A stretch of 64,000 nucleotides of DNA from Okamejei kenojei (lineage: Eukaryota). The notes beneath the pieces are model-generated. The model searched no databases. It had not been told where the DNA came from and saw only the letters and a program-made list of their open reading frames with translations. The position numbers were made by a program, and so were the translations under genes. The stretch covers positions 8,370,001 through 8,434,000 of the forward strand of contig CM069167.1 of assembly GCA_035221665.1 (NCBI GenBank). Reading direction: 5' to 3'. Position 1 is the stretch's first letter, and each line of letters opens with the position of its first letter. Shown here one piece after another: positions 1-12,479 of this stretch.

Positions 1-3000
1 CTCTGTCACAGTCTCCATAAGTGAATTTTTCCATCTCTCTATGAAAAGAATTGTTCAGCTGGATACTTCTATTCCTCCTCAATATGTGGACATTCCTCTT
101 TGGGGTACAGTTTTGAGGTTCAGTTCCTGACTCTCTCTGGGGTACACTCCCAATGGGTTGACTCTGAGGGATAGTTTTTGTCTCTCCTGGGGGTACAGTT
201 TTTGGAGGTGCCAATTCTCTGTGGTACTGTTCCTAAAGGTGCAGAGCCTCCCTGAAGTACAATTCCATAAGGTGTTGACTCTCCCAGGAGTCAGTACCAT
301 CTGTCCCTTTTAAATACAGATGTTTATCTCAGCAAATGTCACTGTTTTTAATTTAAACGCTGAACACTGACATGCTCGCATATAATTTTTAATCAGGAAT
401 CCGTACCAGAAAGTGACTGGGTACTGTAATCAGGAGCTGGTAACCCTGGGCAGTGAACAGGATTATGGATCCCCAGGCAGTGATCACGAGCTGAACTTCC
501 AGGGCAGTGATCAGGAATGGGAATTCCTGGGGCAGTGATGTGGATCAGGAATCTCTGAACCATCACACCTCCGTCAACCCATACTCTTATGGCAGTTCCA
601 TCACCGACAGCTACCAAAAACTGCCCCAAAATACACCCTCACCCTATGCTCTCTAACCCCACAGTCTTTCTTGCTTCCTCCTCCTATCTGCTCTCCTTAT
701 TGGAGTCTCATCCTTGCTTGGGAATCTCCCTTTCCCAACCTAGCTTTGTTTGGAAGCATTCCAAAGCCCGAGTAAGATCCCAGGGTCTACACTTGACTTG
801 CAATCTCAGATTGGGAGTTGCAGTTCTCATTAAACAATGGCAGAGGATGCTTTCCGGAGTTAAAGTTCATTGCACCCACTCCTCAATTCACCACTGGTTT
901 AATTCGAGAGCTAGCATCAGGTTCAGTTATGACACAAGGGAGAAAATGTAGCTATGGCAGCCCAGTAACCCTCAATTAATTCTCGTCTGAGTTTAGAACC
1001 AAGCTCAATCCAAAACCGCCACGTCAAGAGACAGGTTTGCTTAGTTCAGAGAGGGTGGACTGGGAAAGAATATGACTTTCTTTTCCAGTTTGTGAATGAG
1101 TAGCCCACAAAGGCTGTGCTCACACCTTACCCAACCCCAGCCTTACTGACACCAGCATATTGATCAATGGATGGAGATTCAGAGTAGATATCCCAACAAT
1201 GAACATCAATAAACCCTGCCGTTGGATTATTTCTAAAGCTAGCGGCGCATCCACCAATTGAGACAGAGGAGGAAGTTGGTACGATTTCTGTGGTGGAATC
1301 ACATTCTGGATTCAGGATCCGAGAATCTCAGACGGACCAACAACATGATGCACAGACTGCTAACAAATAGGGCAAGGCAGCATTAGTAGTGAAGCTATTA
1401 AACAGATCTCTGGAAGATTTTCTCTCCAGAACTCCTGCAGCAATACATTGCTTGGCGATAAGATGCGCTCCAAGTATACAGACTTGTATAGCTGAAAATA
1501 TGAAACATGATAGCAGTGTTCTTGACAGTATTTTGGATCCTTCTGGCGAGTGATTAGAAACAGGCACGGTATTTTTGATTTCACAGCACTGCCTGATCCT
1601 AAAGGGTCCTACACAGAGTATTCATCTCTTAATAGAATTTGGCTTCCAGAGCACATGGGCAATTGTTCAACCCCACTATTGAACTAATCATTTATTAATC
1701 AACAGTTAGACATGCACTTGACAGGAATCAGCAGTGACTCCACAGAGTTCAGCCACTGTTCCAGGATCATCACATGACGCTAGATCAGAAATCAAGCTCT
1801 ACACAGGGTTCTGGCCAGCCATCCTACATGGTATGCCAAATCTGGCAAAAAGGCATGTAGTCCCATAGATCAAGACCATCACTAGCTAAAGCAGTAAAAG
1901 GAAAGTCATTTAAACATTAAATAACACTCCCTCACCTGTATCCACCTATAACATGTCTTGCCCCCCCCCCCCCCGCCTCTCTCTCCCAGCTTTCTCTCCC
2001 CCTAACTACAATCAATGTCCCAATCTGAAACATCACTATTTGCTCCCTCCACAAATGCTGCCTGTCTTGTCGGGTTACTCCGACATTTTGTGTTTTGCTA
2101 AATCTTGCTGGGCTCCAAAACTCACCAGCAATCTCACGGACACTCTGTTTCTACTGGAGGGAAGCTGGAAACACGGGCGATAGCTTGCAATGTTGTGGCT
2201 TGTTCCAGTTGCTGGATCCAACTATAATTTAAAGATAACTGCATACAATGCAACAAACACAGGCAAAGATTTCTTTTTTTTTTTCACAGAAAACCAAGTA
2301 GGTACAATTTTAAATTCTCTACGATGGGATGAAATTATCCTAATTCTTGCCACAAAGGTCAATTTATGACATTCAGCTTTGTAAATAGCACTCACTCATG
2401 CGTTTGAACAGTGACAAGCTGCTTAATTGTAATAGGATGGGAATAGAGGTGATCCTAGCTTGCCATCACATTGCTTTTAGACTGGGTCCCTGATAGTTAA
2501 TCTGTGGCAGAACACTGGTTGACTTTCATTGTAATCTGGATGCCAAAATGAGCAATATCAGTCTGCACAAGATCAGCTAATCTATCGCAGCCTACAAACT
2601 CCTGTAAACCCTAAGCTGATCAATATTGCCGGTTTGTCTGAAGCTACAAAGAAGCTGTGATAAATACATATTCATGATCTATAAATAAAATATAAAGAAT
2701 CACTGATGAAAATTCTTGGCTTTCTCAAACCAGCCTCATAGCAAAGCAGGTCCCAATATACCATGTCTGCATCTCCCTGTGGCCCCAGGCAGGAAATACG
2801 GCCAGTCTCAGCCGACACATTGGCTGTTCCTGGGGGAAAGGACAGAGAATCCCTTTGGGCTGCCCTGGCTTCAACATTCAATCACCATGATTGGGGACTA
2901 GGATTATTTGAGGATGAAGGCAGAATAAGGAGGGCATATCATTGAATGAAGCTACACTTACACTGGAAGATCATCTGGAACAGTGGTGGGTGATGGAGGT

Positions 3001-3384
3001 TGGGGAGGGAAGGCATCCTGACACAGTGTAACCACTGTGGTATTACACTGTGCACAGGCACAGGCAAGACAAGTAATCATTACAGCAGCTTTATAAAAAA
3101 TGTGACATGTGTGAGGATGGAGACATGTCAAGCTACCAGCCTGGATTTCATGCATACAGCAATTATATCCAAGCACATTTTATTAATTTTGAAATATTTA
3201 AGTACTTCAGACAGCAGTTAAAAAATATTAGGAACTGCATTGCTAAAGTAGCTGGTTGTCCAATTATCATCTGAACAATAAAATCCATCGCAAATCAAGC
3301 CTGGAGGAGACTGGAAATTGCAGACTATGAGTCCCTTTTGCATGTTTAACAAAACATGATTAGTCAGCTGATAAAAAACTGATT

Positions 3385-3690
3385 GTCCAGAACAAGGGGT
3401 CACAGTTTAAGGATAAGGTAGGAAGTCTTTTAGGACCGAGATGAGAAAATTATTTTTCACACAGAGTGGTGAATCTGTGGAATTCTCTGCCACAGAAGGT
3501 AGTTGAGGCCAGTTCATTGGCTATATTTACGAGGGAGTTAGATGTGGCCCTTGTGGCTAAAGGGATCAGGGGGTATGGAGAGAAGGCAGGTACAGAATAC
3601 AGAGTTGGATGATCAGCCATGATCATATTGAATGGCATGCAGGCTCGAAGGGCGGAATGGCCTACTGCACCTATTTTCTATGTTTCTATG
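3385..3690 (+). mobile_element. CR1/HER1-type LINE 3' end
   Basis: Typical tail: AGGGGTCACAGTTTAAGGATAAG...GTGGTGAATCTGTGGAATTCTCTGCCACAGAAGG...GAAGGGC.GAATGGCCTACT, ending in (TTCTATG)2. Confidence 0.85.
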
Positions 3691-4349
3691 ATCAATGAGA
3701 GTGTATCAAATTTAGACAATATCATTGATTAGATTACTTTCAAAGGGGTTGCGACTAATCATTTAAATGCCTGTTATGCCGAAGATATCATGCTGGTTAG
3801 TTTACCCCCACATGACCTTGGATACATTATCCAATTGGGATTCTTCACACAAGGCGGACAGAGAAAAAACATGGGTTGTTCAACTCATTCACTATTGTGT
3901 CTGGAATCCAGAATCCTTTCCTTTATTGGCTGAGCCAAAGAATATAAGAGCCATAAAGTCTACGTTTAGGCCACAGCAGGGGTATTTGTACAGATATTGT
4001 CACCACACAAAAGAACGAGAGGCTGGAGAAGATATTATCAGAGCTGAAAAAATTATGATTATGAGGCAAGTGCAACTAAATTGGGTTTGTTCACTTTGGA
4101 AAAGGGGAGGACAAATGGAGAATTGACGAAAATAAAACAGCGAAAGACCAAAATATGTTGGATAATGAGAACCTACACCCTTTAACAGAGTGGTAAGAAG
4201 GAGAATAGAAAATACAGGAATAGGCTGAAGGATTAAAAATAATTGCAGAAGTTAGTGAATTCACTGCATTTAAATAGCACATATAGACGCAAATGCCGGA
4301 GTAATAAATAGCAGTTGGCTGAGCATTCGGACCCGGTCAGTCTCAGCTG

Positions 4350-4845
4350 TGGAGGTTCCAGCTGTGCCACTTGATTCTCCTGGCTGGCCTTCCATGTAAA
4401 ACTGGGCCCTAACTCACACCGACTCAATTCACACTCATCTCTATGCTTGCTGACCCACGTTGGGTCCCAGTTAAGCAACGTCTCATTTAAAATTCACTTC
4501 TGGTTTTAAAAATCCCACGGTTTTCATTCCTTTTAAATCCCATTTCCTCAAGAGATTTCTCTGCTCTGCCAGTTCTGTCCCTCTGATCATCCCTATATTT
4601 AATTGCTCCTCTTCCAGTAACTATGATTCAGCTGCCAAGGCCTTAAGCTCTGGAATGTTCTCCCTAAATCATTTTTTGGCTTCTCTCTCCTCCTTTACGA
4701 TGCTCTTTGTTGACCAAGCCTTTGGTCATTTATAGCAAAATTTGCGTACATGGCTACGGTATCAGTTTTTGTTTAAAAACACTCCTGTGAGACACCCTAG
4801 GATATTTTGCTCCAATGAAGGCACTATATAAAGGCAAAATGCTTT
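4350..4845 (+). mobile_element. Old L2-type LINE 3' fragment
   Basis: Degenerate L2-like motifs (CTTGCTGACC...CCCAGTTAAGCAACG, TTCAGCTGCCAAGGCCTTAAGCTCTGGAAT..CTCCCT, TTGACCAAGCCTTTGGTCA, GCACTATATAAA). Confidence 0.55.
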
Positions 4846-5414
4846 TGTATTGTAATAATACAGAACTCCGGGTCAATGTTCTGTGATACACAAATCGGCT
4901 GGGTAGCCCTTTATCCCTCTGTATAGGAGATGATGGGTTAAATAGCCTTTTTTAGTGACTATTTCTATTAACTGTTCTGGGGCATCACGGCCAAGGCAAT
5001 CTCATCAGAACATCTACTAATGGCTAGTGCACTCTGCCGGATGTTCCTCTTTCTGATCGGTGGATGTGGACGGTGGCTCAGATTAGTTACGTGAACAGAG
5101 ACCCAGGAGCTGGGCCTTTCCTGCTCTGTGGTGCCAGAGTGTGATCCTGGCTGATGCAGCCACTTCGAGATTGACAACTACTTGCAGGGTTTGGAGGAAG
5201 TTCAGCGGTGGGGCGTGGAAAACGGAGGAAGGTTAAGCTGTTCCCACATTTACAGTGGCTACCTCTACCTCATATTGTGTTCACTCAAAAGCTGGTTCAT
5301 ATTCCTGGCTAACACTCATTGGTGCGTGGGGGCTTGGGTTTGCAGAGTACGTCGATCTTCCCCAGGCAGAACTGGTGTTGGGCTTGTACAGCTCAGGCTC
5401 AGTGCACCGGCAGT

Positions 5415-5671
5415 TTATACTACGTGTGTGGCCATGTGCCTCTCCAGCAGAGTCTTGTGCGAGAAACGTTTGTTACAGACGTGGCACTCGAATGCCTTCT
5501 CGCCACGGTGGAGCCGCATGTGCACGTTAAGGGAGCTCTTTTGTGTAAAGCGTTTATTGCACACAGGGCACTGGTACGCTCGCACGCCTGTGTGCGTCAC
5601 CATGTGTTTTATCAAGTAGTCCCTGAGCGAGAACGAACGCCAGCACACGCTGCACTGATGAGGCTTCTCAC
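5415..5671 (-). CDS. ZBTB45: ZBTB45-like, last coding exon (C2H2 zinc fingers 2-4)
   Basis: Acceptor cctccgcag|GTGAGAAG at 5672/5671 in phase 1. Reads (G)[84 protein letters not shown], stop TAA at 5415-5417. The phase matches the upstream exon. Confidence 0.92.
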
Positions 5672-6299
5672 CTGCGGAGGAGGTGGGGAGAGGAAAGACA
5701 TCAGTAAATCAGAGACTTCAACTGCACAAAATGAACAGTGGTTAAAACCATTCAGTAAGCAGCAAATCAGTGGAAAACTGGTGTGATAAAAGGAGCATTC
5801 TGCATACATGTTTACACAACGCTTCGTAGCCTGAGTCTATGCCCTGCAAGCGATATTATTATCTCCAGAGCAAGGGAGAGAGTGAGAGCCAGACAGGCCC
5901 TGCTCCTGATCACTGCCCTTCACCTCAGTTGGAATGTGGCCATAATTTTATGTCAGCTGAGAGATATTTAGTAGCTAAACACCGAGCTCCAGCATGGAGT
6001 AGTGATTGGACTGAATAGAGAGTGCTGACTTTATGGATTCAAATGAGGCAAAACATCTTCAAAAGATGAGAGGGAAGATACTAAAAATGTACACAATTAG
6101 TACCACAACACCTGCCAAGAAGCAAACATATGTAGTTCACTTACCAGTCAACGAGGAAAGTGCCACAAATGTGGACAACTGAATTAAAGGGACTGATGCC
6201 TTCTAATATTTGCAGAAATGAATTTGATTATTTCCAGGAATACATTATTCTATGTGCACATTCAGTTGCTTTCTGTGCATTTTGGCTGCAGCACATCCT

Positions 6300-6530
6300 C
6301 TTTACGTCATGCAATGGTTAGTTCTCTCTCTTGAGTCAAAAGGTCAGGGATTCAAATCCCACACCTGGCTAACACTCCAGTGAAATTCTGAGGGAGAAGA
6401 TGATATCTTTAAAATGAAATGTTAAGCTGAGGCTCAAAATGCTCGTCGAGATGACTGCAAAAGCTCTCATAGAAGCAGCTGGAAGAGCATGATGCTTTCT
6501 CCAATATTTATCCTTCAAAGAACTCGGAGG
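6300..6530 (+). mobile_element. Old tRNA-headed DeuSINE-like remnant
   Basis: tRNA-like B box (GATTCAAATCCC) followed by GGCTAACACTCCAGTG....CTGAGGGAG and ATGTTAAGCTGAGGC, resembling the Deu-domain core. Confidence 0.45.
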
Positions 6531-6929
6531 TATGGGGAGAAGTGGAACTTGCTCTGGTAGAGTTGGCTCAGACATGATAGGGGTACTCAGGACTGCTTTC
6601 TAGTTGTGCTAGGATGATTCCGTTGCCTGAGAACTGCTGGGAAGAAAGTGTCCATGAATCTGGAGGTGTGCGTTTTCGCACTTCTATACCTTTTGCCTGA
6701 TGGTAGAGGAGAGAAGAGGACATTTCAAAATATTGATTTGAGTTGTACAATGGCTTCAGCACTGAACCAGGGCATTCTGCTCCTATCATGTCCGTGCCAA
6801 CTCTATCAGAGTACTTTACTCCCATTGCAATTTTCTTGTTGATAGTGCTGTGACAGGCACTATCTAGATGTACTAGTTATTTTCCAACTATTGCTCATAA
6901 GTCTTTTCCTCAATCTGAGACCGAGGAAC

Positions 6930-7030
6930 TCCAGTCTGAAGAAGGGTCTCGACTTGAAACGTCACCTGTTCCTTTTCTCCAGAGATGCTGCCTAACTCGC
7001 TGAGTTATTTCACCACTTTGTGTCCAACAT
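6930..7030 (+). mobile_element. Penelope-derived terminal repeat with hammerhead-like core
   Basis: CTGAAGAAGGGTCTCGACTTGAAACGTC at 6936-6963, followed by the family body CTCCAGAGATGCTGCC..GCTGAGTT. Confidence 0.75.
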
Positions 7031-7697
7031 CTCACACATTTCAGTCTGTGCTTCCATTCATTCAAATATCAAGTATCCTCTGCTTTCCAGCCGACAATGT
7101 AGCAATGAATGGTTTCATTGTACTGAGAACAGGAGCACATTGCCAAGGTGGACGCTGACTCATCCCCAGACCATGTGTAGTGCTCGCTACAACCCACTTG
7201 TGGTAACAGACAAATTACTCCTTACTCATTAATCCTGTCCACTAATGCCGAGTTATCTCTTCATGTCCGGTTCCAGCCCTATGTTATTTATTGCTGACTG
7301 CAACAGGCACGCATTACCCAGAACCCTTACATTACAGCGCAGTAGTGGTGAACCTTACAGAGCCGCCAACTACCTTTCGTAGATATCCACCACCTTAAGG
7401 TTGGGAACCAGATACTTAATGCATAGAAAACATATGGGGTGAAGGATAAACAAGAACGGCTCCTCAGAACTACTCAAATTACCTCATCTCCTCACAGACC
7501 ACTGAGCAAGAAGAGCAGATGCACATAGGAATAAGGTTTCCAACCTAACTCACATTTTAGTCTTTATTACACAGAGATGTTAGCTGCAGCATAGCCTGGG
7601 CTCATGAAGAAAATAGATCAATGCCAAGTGGACTTATATAATAGAATTTCACACTCCAGTGGGAGCCTCTAACTTTGGATGCAGTACCCCAGGCAAA

Positions 7698-8460
7698 GGC
7701 AGCACGGTGGTGCAGTGGTATATTTACTGCCTTAAGGGGCTGTCCTACTGCGGCGACCTAATCCGCGAGTTCAGAAGAGTATCTATCTTCTGGATCGACC
7801 GTCAGCGATGAAACCGCGAACTGGATCGACCGACCGCACACACACACACACACACACACACACATCGCAAAGGCGGGGGCCAGGGCAAGCGGGGGAGCGC
7901 TGTCTGAAATTCACACCTGTGATGAAGAGGAAAGTAAAAGACGGCTGCACAGTGTACAGCAAGTCCTTTAGAGAGCGCGTAGGGGGGGTGGGGGGAGAGA
8001 AGGGGAAGGCGAAGTAGTGGAGACACTTTAAAGAAGTCAGACAATGTTTAATAAAGTTTAGCGGGCATTTAACCTACCGGTCGGTTTTCCTTGGTCCTGA
8101 AAACTCAAATGCTCGGTCAGCGAAGGAGATTGCCCACGGCTGCCCTCGACTGCCTGTAATTATATAGCGACCCCACTCCACTGCACTATGAGTTAAAAAG
8201 AACCATGCCGACCAATTTTTACTCAATCTTAACTATCGCTGCTGGCTGTACGGAGTTTGTATGTTTTCCCTGTGACTTCATGGGTTTTCTCCAGCTGCTC
8301 CGGTTTCTTCCCACGTTTCCAAAGCCATGTTTAATTGGCTTCTGTAAATTGTCCTTAGAGTGTAGGATGCGAAAATGGGATAACATGGTTCTAGAGTGCG
8401 GGTCAGCACGGACTGGGTGGGCCGACGGGCCTGTTTCCATGCTGTACCTCTAAACTAAAC
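7698..8460 (+). mobile_element. HE1-type tRNA SINE interrupted by a truncated TTAA-type MITE (~7735-8235)
   Basis: SINE head GGCAGCACGGTGGTGCAGTGGT at 7698. An insert starts TTAAGGGGCTGTCCTAC, a terminus similar to the 62 kb MITE. The SINE body resumes near 8245 (CTGTACGGAGTTTGTATGTT) and ends GGGCCTGTTTCCATGCTGTACCTCTAAACTAAAC. Confidence 0.65.
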
Positions 8461-9019
8461 ACTGAGTAGACTCACTCACTGAGTCTGTGAGACTGGCTGA
8501 CGGCTGCTCTTCCCACTCCTGCTCGCTATCGTGTCACAACTGTTTCTGTGACAGGAGAGTGAGCAGATACTATACTTGCTCATTCCTGACCTACAAACAG
8601 TCTGGGGTACAAACAGCTCTTAGGAATGGAACTTGGTTTAACCTATACATAAATCTTTGAAATTGGCAATTCCTGGTGAGAGAGGCATTAGCAAAGGAAA
8701 TGGCATACCGTGTTTCATAAATACACATGGAATACAAAAGCAGGCAAGATAAGAAACACTGGTTAGCTAAGCCATAAGTGGGGCTTTCGGTTCACTTCCC
8801 GTCACTACATTTTAGGATGGTTGTGAAGGTCATGCAAAATGTGCAAAAAACATTTGCTTTAATGGTTGCAGGGACTGGGGATTTCAGGTCCAAAATTAGG
8901 TTGAAGAAATGTGGTTGTTCTCCTTGAAGGTTGGAAGATTTGCTCGAGGTGCACAAGGCTATGATAGATTGGATAAATTGAGATTCGCTGTTCCCATTAC
9001 TAGACTTCAGGTCGGGGGG

Positions 9020-9282
9020 AGTTCACACCACCACTGGTACCATGTAATCCCGTGCTACCTGCTCTATGGTTGGATAGTCGGCGACTAAACCGTCTCCCCA
9101 TCTGGCTTGCCAGGTGAGGGAAGGGGCTGTGGACCCCCAGCAGGACCAAAAACAAGACCTGTCAAAGGGCGGATGAGCTCCTAGCGAGCCAACGGCCATC
9201 CACACTTAGAAGTTGCGATCACTGACGTGTATAGCATTGTAAGGCACCGTGGCCGTTGATGTTTTCAACGATGATGATGATT
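9020..9282 (+). mobile_element. Short non-autonomous retroelement with (GAT)n tail, possibly RTE-related
   Basis: CpG-containing ~260-bp insert ending in GATGATGATGAT, placed within a degraded CR1-like sequence. Confidence 0.4.
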
Positions 9283-9625
9283 AGTAGATGATTGGGAATG
9301 CGAGGACAGAACTCAAACTAATCGGGAAAAATTCAGGATGATGCAAAGGCATTGCCTTCTCCCTAAAAATACAGTGGTTATGATTTTGAACACAATCTTT
9401 AAGGAGGGTGTAAATGGAGGTAATCAGGAATTTTTGAGAGGGAGATATACTTTTGGGGAGGTAATAAATTGCAGTGCTCTTGGGTAAGAGGGGAGATATA
9501 GGACTGATTCTTATTTAACAAAGCAATTGACCAAATGGCTTCTGTTTGTACTATAAAAATGCTATTAAAAAAAAAAGAACCTGAAAGATTGCGTTTAAAA
9601 AAGAGAACAACAGTATTGAACCTAC

Positions 9626-11177
9626 CGGTGTGGACAAACATGTGCTTGGCATAGTTCTGTCTGGAGCTGAAGGTTTTCCCACACTGCGTGCATCCGTAGG
9701 GTTTCCTTTCGGCATCACTGGAAATTGCTGGAACTGCCTGGCTTCCATCTGGGAATACCGGGGCATTCTGGCACGAGGGCTGTGCCGGAATGCTGGACAC
9801 ACACGTCTGGGAGGTGGAGGCCAATGGTGGGAGATGATGAGACTGAGGAAGGCCCATTTGGTAGAGGCTGCGGTGAGTAGTTGCGCCGGCACCAGTGGGG
9901 TCTTCTTCAACATCATATTGTGCAGAACAGCCCTGGTTACGCAGGTTGGCTTGCATGGTCGATCCTGGGAGAAAGTCTTGCATGAATGTTGAAGGCCGCG
10001 GAAAAGAAGCATCAAGCTGCGACTTGCAGTCCGCTTTGCGATTCTGCTGTACGGCAGTGTCCTTCTCTTCTTTCTCCTCCTTTTCTCCCTGCCAAAAGGA
10101 CTTCAGTTCATCTGGTAAGAGATCACTGGCATTGAAAAATTCCATCTCATCTCCTTTGCTGCTCAAACTCAGATGACCAGCAGAGTCTCGTCGGTCCTCC
10201 ATTGCACTCTGGTTGGGGTTAAACGCATTTGCCTCAGTGATTTCCTCGGTCTGTTCATCTTGGTTGCCTTGCTGTGTGGTTTGGTTGGAGACGGTTCGGA
10301 CAGTGATGCTCTCCCCACAGTAAAGGAGATCATCGTCTTCTTCTTTGATGGTCACTTGACTTCCGTCAGCCATTTGAAGTCTGATTGGCTGCCGTTGCTT
10401 GCGGCTGTGACTGCCCTGTGACAAAAGCCCCATCTCGGGCCGCTGGTTGGCTGCAGTATTGTACCAGATTCCACGCACCTCATTATTGCGGCCAGTCTCC
10501 ATTAGAGTCAGGTTCTCCTGGTCGGTTATGGCCGGCTCGCCAACTCCCTTATGACGTGCTAATGTTTGTTGCCTGCACAGAATGGGGACCATTTCTTCTG
10601 CTTTGTACCCACCATCACCTGTGGCTGTGTTCTTTGAACCTCCCTGTACAAAGTCAAACTCTCTCTCACCAGTATGGGGTGACAATGCTGTTTCAATAAA
10701 ACCCATGGGAAACTTGTGGATCTGCTCGCCAGTGTTCTGGCAAAGAACTGCTTCCTTCACATCGGAGAGGTCCATCTTTTGATGGTCCCCTTGAGCTTTT
10801 TGTAGGGCATTTTGTGAAATGATCCGTGTGCACTCGTCGATTATGGTTTTAATCTGAAGGACACTCGCTGCCGTGAGGATCTGCAAAGCCTCCACATGAG
10901 AGACCATCAGTGAGCCACTATACATAAAATCCACTAATCGTCGCAGAGTCTGGGCCGAGACCAGAGGTGGGACCTCAATCTCGCTGTAACCCAACAAGAG
11001 TTTATCATGGAAAAAGGGGCTAGCTGCAGCCAAGACACAGCGGTGGGCTCGGAGAGCTGTGTTATGGATACGTACGGTTACATCGCAGAAATGTCCACCC
11101 AGGCGCTGCGAGTTCAGCGTCTCCAGAAGTGACCTGCTGAAATTCTGGAGGTTGATGCTATGAAGTTGCTCAGCCAT
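9626..11177 (-). CDS. ZBTB45: ZBTB45-like, main coding exon (BTB/POZ domain, linker, zinc finger 1)
   Basis: ATG at 11177 begins MAEQLHSINLQNFSRSLLETLNSQRLGGHFCDVTVR (BTB of the ZBTB45/ZBTB20 family). Acceptor tttgcag| gives exon start 11205. Donor CACACCG|gtaggt at 9626/9625 follows YGCTQCGKTFSSRQNYAKHMFVHT. 1552+257 nt gives 602 aa plus stop. Confidence 0.92.
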
Positions 11178-11739
11178 TCTGCTCTGTCTCACTGCACAGG
11201 TCAACCTGCAAACCAGAATCATAGAAACCACAGAAAGTTTACCATGCAGGCTATACAGCCCGTCATCTAAATGTCAGCTATAAAAGAACTGCCCAGTCTA
11301 ATCCTGTCCTCCAGTACTAAATCGGTAGTCTTAGAGATCAGACCTCTTCAAGTGGATATCCAAATTCTTTATGGCTTCTATTTCTATCTTCTTTTCAGAC
11401 ATGGAGTATCAAATTCTTAACATACTAACATTCCCCAAGGGATATTCTATCTTATAATTCAACATTATCTTACCCAACCGATGAGGAAAGAGGGAGAGGA
11501 GCAGGATGGGAACAGGGCAAACAATAATAGCGTGAATGGAGGGGAGATTGTAAATATAGAGAAAGCAGTGGGGAATAACTAATAAGGTGGGAGAGTGGGG
11601 CAATGCATGACACGGAGATGCTAGATATAGGGCAAGGCCTGTGATCACAACCTGCCATCAGATATTAGCAAACAGCTACACTTCAATTTCATTTGCTGGA
11701 TATCTTTCCAATAAACACTGTCAATCAAGCTTAAGTTCA

Positions 11740-11838
11740 AGGTAGACACAAAATGCTGGAGTAACTCAGTGGGTCAGGCAGCATCTCTGGAGCGAAGGAA
11801 TGGGTGACGTTTCGGGTCTAGACCCTTCTTCAGACAGA
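11740..11838 (-). mobile_element. Penelope-derived terminal repeat with an intact minimal hammerhead core
   Basis: Minus strand reads CTGAAGA-A-GGGTCTAGACCC-GAAACGTC (11833-11806), then the family body. Confidence 0.8.
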
Positions 11839-11988
11839 TGTCTTTTTTTCTTCTTGTGGATCTTCTGCACCAAGGCTGAGGACTCTTTACTGAGGCAGTG
11901 CCATCCGTGCCCTGGCTGCCATCTAACAGAGCCTCTCCTGGGCCATTCATGGAGGCTGCAATTGGACAATAAGCTGCAGATCCATAAG

Positions 11989-12475
11989 GAGGGATATGGA
12001 CCCTTTAACGGGCCGGTGGATTAAGGAGGGATATGGACCCTTTAACATGTCAGTGGGAGGGAGGTTAAGGTGGGATATGACCCCCTTTATCAGGGTGGGG
12101 GGGAGTTAAGGTGGGATATGGCCCCCTTTAGCAGGGTGGAGGGGGGTTAAGGTGGGATATGACCCCCTTTATCAGAGTGGGGGGGTTTTAAGGTGAGATA
12201 TGACCCCTTTATCAGGGTGGAGGGGGGTTAAGGTGGGATATGACCCCGTTTATCAGGGTGGGTGTTAAAGGTTGGGATATGACCCCTTTATGGTGGGGGG
12301 GAGTTTAAAGGTGGGATATGACCCCCTTTATCAGGGTGGGGGGTAAGGTGGGATATGACCCCCTTTATCAGGGTGGGGGGGGTTAAGGTGGGATATGACC
12401 CCCTTTATCAGGGTGGGGGGGAGTTAAGGTGGGATATGACCCCCTTTATCAGAGTGGGGGGGGGTTAAGGTGGGA
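11989..12475. repeat. G-rich minisatellite, ~41-bp unit (AAGGTGGGATATGACCCCCTTTATCAGGGTGGGGGGGAGTT), about 10 copies plus degenerate leading copies
   Basis: Directly visible tandem units that vary mainly in G/C run length. Confidence 0.9.
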
Positions 12476-12479
12476 CACG

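Noticed and set aside
9020-9110. HDV-like ribozyme at the 5' end of the RTE-like elements (also ~22870-22920)
   Set aside because: Only simple hairpins found; I could not assemble the nested P1/P1.1/P2/P3 double pseudoknot.
9399-9625. C-terminal extension of the 610-aa ORF (GRFNTVVLFF...)
   Set aside because: Intron read-through past the gtaggt donor. The zinc-finger linker continues properly in the 5671 exon.
11989-12475. CRISPR-like array
   Set aside because: The intervening sequences are near-identical rather than unique spacers, there are no cas genes, and the context is vertebrate. It is a minisatellite.
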